Of a stretch of 64,000 bases of DNA, positions 53,381 through 64,000 are shown one piece after another (position 1 is the stretch's first letter; the number at the start of each line of letters is the position of its first letter). The stretch is taken from assembly GCA_951406725.2 (NCBI GenBank), contig OX597829.1, positions 12,586,001 through 12,650,000 of the forward strand, read 5' to 3'. The notes under the pieces are model-generated. The model was not told the origin of the DNA, searched no databases, and worked only from the letters and a program-made list of their open reading frames with translations. The translations under genes and the position numbers were made by a program. Source of the DNA: Octopus vulgaris (taxonomy: Eukaryota).

Positions 53381-53792
53381 ATTACATGTTGGTGCTGTTA
53401 CTTTTGAAATTGTTGTTCTACATTATATCGTTGAAACAAGTCCTTTTTTCTTAGAACCACTTCTCTCTCTGTTTTTTCCCTTCTCTTCTTTGTCTCCCAC
53501 CTCTTTCTCTTACACAAACACGCACATCTTCAACGTTCAACGGAATGACTGATAACACGAAATAAAACCATCCACTTCCAAGTCAATACAATTCTTTGTA
53601 TTAAAACGACACTCTATACTATTGTTGTATTTGTCTAATTCCTTATTAGATATTATTTCTAATTTACTTCACCGTTATTGTCTTGTCTCTCTGAAGCTGT
53701 TTGTCTATCTGTCTGTCTGTTTACCTGTCTCTCTGTTAGTGTCTCTCTCTCTCTCTCTCTCAGTCTTTTCAATACAGTATGTGTATTTATAG

Positions 53793-53826
53793 TTCTTCTT
53801 CTTCTTCTTCTTCTTCTTCTTCTTCT

Positions 53827-53861
<35 letters not shown>

Positions 53862-53933
53862 TTCCTCTTCTTCTTCTTCTTCTCCTTCTTCTTCTTCTTC
53901 TTCTTCTTCTTCTTCTTCTTTTTCTTCTCCTTT
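53793..53933. repeat. (CTT)n microsatellite
   Basis: Direct reading. Confidence 0.95.
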
Positions 53934-53999
53934 TCATATACACACAATAGCTTAGACTGTTGAAGAAGAAAAAATCTTAACATCGGTCTACAAACAAGT

Positions 54000-55590
54000 T
54001 ACCTTAGATGCCAAGAACCCTCCTAAGTATACTAGCTGTCCCTAATAACACTATTTTCTGTAGCTGTACTAAACTGGGTTTTATGCCTGTTTGCCCTATC
54101 CATCTATTCAGATCTTCAGGAATAGTTCCCTATGTACCTATAACTACTAGAATACATTTTACCCGCACTTTCCATAGTCTCTATAATTCAATGGCTACGT
54201 ACTGGTATTTTGTCATTTTTTCTATACCTCTCATATTGCATTTTTCCATCATTTGGGACTGTAAAGTCATTTATCTGGCACTTTTATTCTCTTTAACTAT
54301 TACTACTAAATCAGTCATTCTAGCTTCTAATACTCTATAAATCAGAATGTTAAAGTCTCACAAAATCATGTATTTATTACTTTCTAGTAATTTACTAGGT
54401 TCTTGTTCATACCATTTATCACTATCTTAAAATCCTAGCTTTTTACATCACTCCCAGTGTATTACTCTCCCTAAGTTGTTATGTCTTTTCTTGTATTTGT
54501 TCTGTCAGCATTATATATATTCACTTACTATATGAGTAACGCTTTCCTCTTTTGATTTGCATAACCTCCATTGAGAATCTACTTAATTTTTCTCTTTCTC
54601 GGCTTTTAGTCAATTAATCCTTAATGTTTGATCTTGTGCAGCAACTAACAAACTTCCTGTCTCCCGCTTCAGTTTTCCTATCTACAAACATATTCATGTC
54701 TCACTAGTACTATTTGCTGCAACTATCCGTGGGAATCTACCATGCAACGCCTTCTCCTACCAGTCAGATAATTTCCTTTCTTTTTCTGGTTTTTAAGTTC
54801 GTTTGGGTTTTGGTTTCCATATGTTTTACTGTGATACTTGCAGCTTTCAATAAACTTTCTTCACTATTACCTATATAGGATTCTATATCCACTCTAGCTA
54901 GCTCCACGCAGTCTTCTACTGATATTAACCTTCTTCCACCTGGCTTTCTAGGTAAGTATAATCTTGCTACTCCTACCCTTGGATGGAGTCTTCCATTCAT
55001 ATTGAATTCGTTTCTAGTTCTGTCTAGCTTTGTCTAATCTACAAAACCTGCTGAATATCTAGTAATGATCCTTCCTAATTATTTACAGCCATTTAACTTT
55101 CAGACCATTTAACTTTGACTTCATTAGACTTCTCACCCTTCTGATGTACTCCTGAATTTTTGTTTTCATTTCTATAGTTAGTATTCTGTCAGATTCTGGC
55201 CATCTGATACTTTAATCATACTGCATCTCGATTATGTTTGGCTGGCTTATCCCAAATATTATTCCAGAACTTTCTGCATTAGGTTTCTCATCTTCAGTAC
55301 TTCATTCTCCACTATTTATGTGGTTATAAAATCTCCTCTGGTCTGTCTCAAATAATTTAGTCTGTTGATACTGATCTTTTATTTGCTGATTTCTGGAGAG
55401 TCATGCCACTCCTATGACTAGCATCTTGTGTTTCCTAATTTGTTCAGCTTCCAGGCTTCTGTTCTACTCAGACATTGTTTTAAAGTCTTCACTTTATTTT
55501 GTAGCCTCCTTTTCCACATTTGCTCTTTTTTAATCTTTCCCTGTTAAATATCTAATCTTGTGACTACTGCCCCACCTGCACAAATCAATA
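54000..55590 (-). mobile_element. Heavily decayed, internally deleted RLE (R4/Dong-like) LINE
   Basis: LHPR..V.RLYLPRK.GGR.LISVEDC, plus traces of LVAAQDQ and LLGTASIL. Confidence 0.7.
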
Positions 55591-55616
55591 AGGTTGTGTC
55601 TCTTATATCGTCATCG

Positions 55617-55702
<86 letters not shown>

Positions 55703-55721
55703 GTTGTTGTTGTTATTGTTA

Positions 55722-56497
55722 TATGAGCAGTTCCCATGAGCACTATCTTTTGAATTTCCAAATCTCACCCAGAGACCTCAAGAGACAACAGGTTGGATGT
55801 TCACGTTGTTGCCTAGTGTGCCATATATTTGGTTGTTTTTTGTGTTGTATTAGTGGATGTCTAAAAAAATATGTTTGTTTTAAACCTTGAGATTACATAG
55901 AAAGTATTTTGCGTAGGATATGAGCAGTTCCCATGAGCACTATCTTTTGAATTTCTGTCATTTTGGGGTTTCCTGGTATCTGAGTTAGGTAGCGATCAGC
56001 CCCTTTTGCTATCATTCCCAGGGCACCCTTGACAACAGGTATTGTTTTAGTCTTCAGGTTCCGCATTTTGCTGATTTCTATTTCCAGATCTTTATATTTG
56101 CTCAGTTTTTGGTAGGTCTTGACAGATACGTTTATATCGATTGGGACAGTCATATCAATGAGGAGGCATGTTCTTTGTCTGAAGTCTTTCAATATGATGT
56201 CTGGCCTATTTGCATCTATCTTTCTGTCAGTTTGAATGGTGAAGTTCCAGAGGAGTGAGATGTGGTCATTTTCAAGCACTGGAGGTGATTTGTGTTCCCA
56301 CCTCTGTAGGCGCTAGAAGACTGCACTTGGAGACCACATAATCAATGGTTTCATTTTGTTGCTGACACACACGACATGTTGGGCTACTGCCGATTTTTAA
56401 TATGTTGGCCTGGTAGTTTCTTGTTGGTAGGTATTGATCTTGAGCTGCTATGATAAACCCCTCTGTTTCAGATTTTAAGCCAGAGGCCATTAGCCAT
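55722..56497 (-). mobile_element. 5'-truncated R4/Dong-like LINE (family C)
   Basis: GLKSETEGFIIAAQDQ, CRVC, NRPDII...LIDMTVP, KLSKYKDL; microsatellites on both sides. Confidence 0.88.
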
Positions 56498-56517
56498 TAT
56501 TATTATTATTATTATTA

Positions 56518-59500
56518 CTTTTTTTTTCTTCTTTCAAATTTGCTTCCATTTCTTGCCGAGTGTCTTCCCGACTCCTAGGGCAAAGAAACTCATAGTATAC
56601 ATTGGTAGGCCATTAAACCAAACTCAATAGTTCGTTCATTTTTTTTTTTAAGTTAAATTAAAATACATGAGCAGCAACAGTTCTCACATCGACAATGCAC
56701 TTCTCAATACGTGTGATGTACCAGTTAAGACAATCTTTTGCACTTCTTGCAGGGATCATTCTCATATAATTTTCGGTTCCCTTCTTGATCATTCCTAGTG
56801 CTCCTACGATCACTGGTATTGTAACCGCCTTGAGATGCCACATTTTCTCAATTTCAATGAGTAGGTCTTTATATTTTCTGAGCTTGTCAAACTCTTTCGC
56901 TGAGATATTATGATCACAGGGGATGCTCATGTCGATCAATAAGCAAACTTTATTGTTTTGGTCTTTCACAACAATATCTGGTTTATTGGCCTTGATGGTT
57001 CTGTCTGTATGTACTGGAAAGTCCCACAGAATGGTTACATTTTCTCCTTCAGTTACAGCCTCAGGGTGGTGATTATACCACTTGTCGGCAGTTTTGATAT
57101 TGTAATGTTGACTTATTAGCCAGTGTAGATATTGGCCAACTCTGTCATGTCTTAATTCATACTCCACTGGTGCTAAGACTTTACATCCAGAGATTAGGTG
57201 GTCCACTGTTTCAATCATGTCGTTGCAGAATCGGCATTTTGGATCCTGCTCCATTTTTCATCACATTGGCCTGGTAGTTCCGGGTTAATAGGCTTTGATC
57301 TTGTGCAGCCAGGATGAAACCTTCGCTCTCTACTTTTAGCCCTGAGCTCCGTAGCCACTGATGGGTTTGCTTCTGGTCAACATCAGCTTGTTTGCTGCGG
57401 GTCACACATTTGCCGTGCAGAGGTTTCTCCTCCCACCTATCAACCAATTGCTCGGGCGCTTTTTTCATTGCCATCATTTTCACCTTCTTTGCAACAATAG
57501 TTGCCGTACTTCCCTCGGGTTGTTCAGTTTGGGTATCCTGCACGAGATCAATAGCAAAATTTTTGCTTTCCTTTATGATAGAATGAAGCTTGTTTCGTCT
57601 CTCGTGATTTTCCACGAGCTTTAGCATCCAGTCATTCGTTATTTCGAGATATTTGGCCAGTCCAATTGTGGTTGTTCTGTAAGCTAGTTCAAATTGGATC
57701 AGGCCTCGACCTCCTTGGGCTCTGGGAAGGTAAAGGCGATCTACGTCTGCCTTTGGGTGGTGCATCCTATTACAACTCAGCAGCTTGCGTACTTTCCTAT
57801 CTATATTCTTTACTTCACTTATATTCCAGTTCAACACATTGTAGCTATAAGTAACAACTGGAACTGCTGAGGAATTTATAGCTAACACCTTGTTACGTGC
57901 ATTTAGTTCAGATTTCAGGACTGCACGAACTCTCCTATAACATTCCTTCCTGATTTTCTCTTTCATGCTTGCATGCTGAATAGCAGAGCCTTCATTTATC
58001 CCTAAATATTTGTATGTTTGTTCTTGCTCAAGCTCTCTTATGACTGTGTCAACATCTAACACGACTGAATTTGTGGTCTTCACTTTCCCTTTCTGGAATG
58101 TGGCCTTGGCACACTTCTCAAGTCCAAATTCCATCCCGATGTCATCGCTGAATGCTTTCACGGTGTGCAATAGGCCTTCAAGTTCATTATTGTCTTTACC
58201 ATAAAGTTTTAAGTCATCCATATAAAATAGATGGCTTATTTTTTTATTAGCAATTTTATACCCATACCCTGTTCTGAAAAATTCCACAGTTGATGTTTAT
58301 ATTTTCTGAGGCAAGTACTCCATTAGAGTGGTATATTTGGAGATTCGTATTCCACAACGACATATTGTGCTTCAGGAAGTTTGAAATCACAGGGGAAATT
58401 TTGAAGATGTCCAGCGATCTCAAGATCCATGGATGCGGTATACTGTCGAAGGCCTTTTTATAGTCAATCCATGCGGTGCTGAGATTTCTGCGCTTGTGAC
58501 AGTTCTCAAGGATCATACGATTGATTAACAGCTGATCTTTGCATCCGTATGAGCCTCGGCGGCACCCTTTTTGTTCAATGGGGAAAATATCGTTCTTCTC
58601 CATGAATGCATATGTTTTCTCCGCCAGGATAGATGTTAGGATTTTATACGTGGTGGATAGACAGGCCGATAGTTTTTTGGAAGGTTGGTTTCGTTATTCT
58701 TTGGGAGTAGGTAAGTAATGCCACTTGCTAACCATTCAGGTGTTTTCTTTCAGTCTCTCATAATTCCATTGAGCAGCTGAACTAGGTTACCGTGTGCGCA
58801 TGGGAGCGATGCGAGCCAGAAATTCGGCACCCTATCTTTACCGGGGGATTTCCAATTATGGGCCTTCGTGAGTGCCTTTCTTAGGTCTGCTATTTTGATG
58901 TCTTCCCATGCTTGTTGTTGTAAATTTTGGTAGGATCCTTCAGTTTGTATAATCCAGTCTGCATTTATGTTATACGTCTTCTTGTCACTCCAAATCCTTT
59001 TCCAAAAGTTTTGAACTTCTTCCATGGAGGGGGGTCTTTAACGGTTACTTTCTCCTTCCCTATTTCTCTGTAGAATTTTTTGGCATTGGATGTGAACAGC
59101 TTATTTTGCTTGTAAAACATGTTTCTCTTCTCAAATCTTCGTATTCTTTGGGCTTTTGCTTGGACTTTTTGTTTCAGCGTTTCTTTTATTGATATCAGTT
59201 CTTCTCTTGATGAGGATCCAAATTTTCTCTTCATCTTTCTTCCTGTTCTGGATCTTACATCATTTCCACATATTAGTTCATTTAATATTGATATTTCCCC
59301 TCTCATAAATTCAATCTCTTTTTCAATTTTACTTCTCCAGGTTTGATTCCTTCCCAGGTTTTGTTTTCCTTGTTTTTTCGGGGGCATACAGCTGGTTTCA
59401 ATTGCTCTAGCAGAAGCGTAAATAATTTCATTTAAGTCAGTAAAATCAGGTTTTAATTCTCGTATTATTTCATTTGTTACATAGTTGCCAATTTGGATTT

Positions 59501-60717
59501 GTTTTTTATTTTGGTTTGTATTTGAGAGTTTATGAAGTGGTTCTCTATCATTCATACTTGTATGTCTTACAACTTCAAGCGTATTCAGGATTTTCTGCCA
59601 TATTTCTGCCATAGACTCTCTGTGTTCTGCAAATGCGAGATCTTCAGTTACTGTTGTTTTTTCGTTTTCCTGGCTATCTTTAACAGGTACAATAGAAATT
59701 CTTGTATCTTCAGGCCTTTGCGTACTTTGGTCAGATGGCAGTCTTTCAATTAAGCCTCGTGGCGGGCTATACTGTTCATCTGATTCTACATTTCCTTTGT
59801 GTCTTATATTTATGTCATTTTCCGTTGCGTGCTTGATCGCGCTTATTTCACTGTCTGTGAGTCTGTTATTTCTAAGGATATCCCTCCTCACATTTGGCAG
59901 TTTGTTCTCGTCCAAATAGGGCCTACTGTCTTGATTCCGTGTTTTCCATATACTGCAAGAGTTTGCGGTGTGTCTCTCTTGAGATGGCCTACCTAGTGCA
60001 TAGTAATAAGCGTATATTACTTCTTTATACTCTTCTCGGGTCCATTTGTTCCGCTTACATTTTTCTTTCTGTGGTGGTTGTGGTGGTGAACTTGGAGGGC
60101 TCGAGTTGGGGGATTTCCCGTTCAAGTGACCATCCATGTCCGTATTCGGAGAAGAGTTTGTGCCAGTTGATGACTTTTCGATCCCAGGCTGGCTCTTCCC
60201 TGGGGCACGCGCTTCCAAATTAACCATAGGACAAGCGATTTGGTATACTGATTTAGTTTTCCTTTTAGTTTCCAAAAAACATTTTGGTGCTACGATAATG
60301 TTATCATTTTTTAGCTTTGATTGGCTCGTGGGGAGACGGCCATCATTGCCGTTACAATTATAATCATACCATTATAGCAGCCGTAGTCGGCTTATTATTG
60401 TTATTATCATCACCATTATTATCACTATCATCATTATCACCACCATTACCATCATCATTATCATCATCACCATCATCATCAATGATATTGTTTTATGTGT
60501 AGTCACAGCAGTATCTTATTATTGATATTTTTGTTTTTTTTATCATTATCACCATCACAGTAGTGTCTGTCTGTCTCGTTGGCTGGCTTGGTGGTTGGCT
60601 GGCTGACTGTCTTCAACGCCAGAGTTATTGCCTGTCAAATAATACTTTCATATTTGGTTAACAATAGAGCTGAGGTGAGGTTTGTGTTGGTTGAACTCTT
60701 TGAGTGCGTATGTGTGT
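56518..60717 (-). mobile_element. Near full-length R4/Dong-like LINE, copy B (same family as 27478-31775)
   Basis: ORF pieces 58965-60275, 58256-58603, 57211-58287 and 56658-57254 are near-identical to copy A; (ATT)n at both ends. Confidence 0.93.
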
Positions 60718-60734
60718 ATTATTATTATTATTAT

Positions 60735-61286
60735 TGAGTGAGAGAGCAGTTCATGTCATCAAAGTGACACTGGGGTAAAATATACGAAGCCCAATATACC
60801 CATAATGACTACCCGTCTGATAAAGGTACACCAGGCACATGCATCACAACCATATGTGCGCGACATGGTGATCTCATATCAAGATAAACAGCACATGACC
60901 TTGCAGGTGGGGCCCAGTTAGAATTTTCTTCAGGTTGAGTAGCCCATCCCGCTCAAAAGTTCCCTGAATAAGGGTTGTTTAAGGATGTTGAAAGAACCAC
61001 CCATGTTTCCAGATTGAACTATTCAAACCCCAAAGAATCCCTCTCAACACATGGCTATGATGCTCCCCACTACTTCTGCTCGTGATCAGAGATGCAGATA
61101 TCGTCAGCCACTAAGGGACATGCTCAACTGGTTAAGGTCAACAACTGACAAGCAAATCTGTGGTATTGAGCAGAATATTTGCTGTAGCCCATCTTTTATA
61201 CCAAGACAAAACAATGTACATGATAACACTTCCAATCAGTTAAGATCAGAAGCTATGAGAGCCACTGCCTGGTACTGCATCAGGGC

Positions 61287-61290
<4 letters not shown>
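60735..61290. mobile_element. About 555-bp non-coding interspersed repeat bounded by (ATT)n, copy 1
   Basis: Collinear with 62550-63100. Confidence 0.8.
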
Positions 61291-61352
<62 letters not shown>

Positions 61353-61364
61353 CATTGTCGTTGC

Positions 61365-61407
<43 letters not shown>

Positions 61408-61454
61408 ATTGTTATTGTTGTTGTTGTTGTTGTTGTTGTTATTGTTATTGTTGT

Positions 61455-62054
61455 TGTTGTTGTTGTTGTTATTCCAAATACCTTTGCTGAGATGTTTCTA
61501 ACAGAAGGCACTGTCATATCAATTAACGTTTTTTGTCTTAGGTCTTTGATGACGTGTCTGGTATATTAACATTATTTGCTTGTCTGTATGTATCCCATAA
61601 TCTCATAGTATGGTAAAATATTTTCCCTCATGACTGTATCTGGATGGCGTTCATGCCAATTCTTAGGGTGCGGGAGGTCATTGTGATGACATATGCCCCA
61701 GTGCAAGTATTGACAACCCAATCACGCTTGGTTTTATATTTTGTGGGGGCAAGGACTGAGCAACCATATTCTCAAGCTTATTATATTAGAGTCTATAATT
61801 TGTGTCTACCACATTGTGTGTGATGTTCTCTTGATAGTTCTGGGCGGAGAGACTTTGATCTTGTTTCGGCTTTCAAACCAACATTCTACAGCCACTGATG
61901 GGTTTCTCTCATATCTACATCAGATTCTCCAGCTCGTCTGGGGTGTTGCCCAAGCAATAGTATTCCTTGTTACCATCTATATATTTCCTTCGAGCTTTCC
62001 TGTTTGGCTATTGTTTTACGCTTTTTTACTTCCCTAATGGGTGGTGCATCCTCC

Positions 62055-62102
<48 letters not shown>

Positions 62103-62107
62103 GTTAC

Positions 62108-62198
<91 letters not shown>

Positions 62199-62520
62199 GC
62201 CTTATTTCTTAGAACGCTCGTTCTTGTTTGCTCTGGTTAGTTGTGTAAGAACAGACAACAACCTCTTGTCATAGGTCTCACAGGGTCTATTTCCATTCAT
62301 TATATACTTTGATACTTAGTTGTTCATTATGGTGGAAGACATTCAACATCCAAGTACCAGTTTAAAAACCCTAGCTGTCCCAAGCAGAGCCTTTTGTTTT
62401 GGCTTGCTCTGCTCACATGTTAATTGAGATTTCTCTGACATAATTCTCGAACTTGGTTGTTAGTGCTCCGAGTGCCCAGACGACTACTGGGATGACAGAC
62501 ACTCTCATCATAGTCCACAA
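61455..62520 (-). mobile_element. Decayed RLE-LINE fragments separated by (ATT)/(AAT) tracts
   Basis: Traces of MHHP, QYLHW..C, VIPVVV.ALG and ALLGTARV on the minus strand. Confidence 0.55.
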
Positions 62521-62549
62521 CTTTGCATATTATTATTATTATTATTATT

Positions 62550-63100
62550 GAATGAGAGAGAAGTGCATGCCATCAAAGTGACACTGGGGTAAAATATACA
62601 AAGCCCAGTATACCCATCATGACTACCCGTCTGATAAGCATACACCAGGCACATGCATCGCGATATGTGCATCACATGGTCTCTAATCAAAATAGACAGC
62701 GCATGACCATGCAGGTGGGGCCCAATTAGTATTTTCTTCAGATCGAGTAGCCCATCCCACTCAAAAGTTCCCTGAATAAGGGTTGTTTAAGGATGTTGAA
62801 CGAAACACCCATGTTTCCAGAGGTGAATTATTCAAACCCCAATGAATCCCTCTCAACACATGACTATGATGCTCCCCCACTACTTCTGCTCGTGATCAGA
62901 GATGCACATATCGTCAGCCACTAAGGGAGATGCTCAACTGGTTAAGGTCAAACAACTGACAAGCAAATCTGTGGTATTGAGCAGAATATTTGCTGTAGCC
63001 CATCTTTTATACCAAGACAAAACAATGTACATGATAACACTTCCAATCAGTTAAGATCAGCAGCCATGAGAGCCACTTCCTGATACTGCATCACGGCATT
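62550..63100. mobile_element. About 550-bp non-coding interspersed repeat, copy 2
   Basis: Collinear with 60735-61290. Confidence 0.8.
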
Positions 63101-63190
63101 TGTTGTTGTTGTTATTATTATTATTATTATCATCATCATCATCATCATCATTATTATTATTATTGTTATCATCATCATCATCATCATCAA

Positions 63191-63225
<35 letters not shown>

Positions 63226-63319
63226 CCATCATCACTATCACCACCATCACCACCATCCCATGAGCACTATCTTTTGAATTTCTGCCATTTTGGGGTTTCC
63301 TGGTATCTGAGTTAGGTAG

Positions 63320-63538
<219 letters not shown>

Positions 63539-63544
63539 CATTAT

Positions 63545-64000
63545 TATATGTTTGACTTTTGCTTTATATTTGTACAAGTTGGCTCCAAATCTCACCCAGA
63601 GACCTCAAGAGACAACAGGTTGGATGTTCACGTTGTTGCCTAGTGTGCCATATATTTGGTTGTTTTTTGTGTTGTATTAGTGGATGTCTAAAAAAATATG
63701 TTTGTTTTAAACCTTGAGATTACATAGAAAGTATTTTGCGTAGGATATGAGCAGTTCCCATGAGCACTATCTTTTGAATTTCTGTCATTTTGGGGTTTCC
63801 TGGTATCTGAGTTAGGTAGCGATCAGCCCCTTTTGCTATCATTCCCAGGGCACACTTGACAACAGGTATTGTTTTAGTCTTCAGGTTCCGCATTTTGCTG
63901 AATTCTATTTCCAGATCTTTATATTTGCTCAGGTTTTGGTAGGTCTTGACAGATACGTTTATATCGATTGGGACAGTCATATCAATGAGGAGGCATGTTC
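63545..64000 (-). mobile_element. R4/Dong-like family C 3' end (runs off the window)
   Basis: Near-identical to 55758-56172; the 3' end abuts (ATT)n at 63321-63545. Confidence 0.9.

Noticed and set aside
61085-61155. HDV-like ribozyme on the minus strand of the 550-bp repeat
   Set aside because: P1 and P3 are plausible, but no P2 partner or P1.1 GG was found.

Overview
Repeat-saturated, AT-rich animal DNA, most likely octopus/cephalopod judging by the tRNA-derived SINE families. No host protein-coding gene is recognisable. The window is a patchwork of retroelements that sit in microsatellites: (i) RLE-type R4/Dong-like LINEs in (TAA)n arrays, with two near full-length copies and several fragments; (ii) a 13.4-kb head-to-tail stack of three Tx1/L1-like LINE units in a (TATC)n array; (iii) Penelope-like RT and GIY-YIG relics; (iv) CR1/L2 and RTE fragments, SINEs and a hAT deletion derivative; (v) a 4.4-kb degenerate TTAGGG-like satellite. 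The main signal outside the ORF track is a set of about 11 minimal type-I hammerhead ribozyme motifs from several sequence families. Most have palindromic stem III, three pairs lie in long inverted repeats, and nearly all have 3' tails running into a (TA)n tract. One family carries a reciprocal G3:C8 swap of the catalytic core (GUGAACA instead of CUGANGA). All calls were made by eye, so coordinates of degenerate repeats are approximate.
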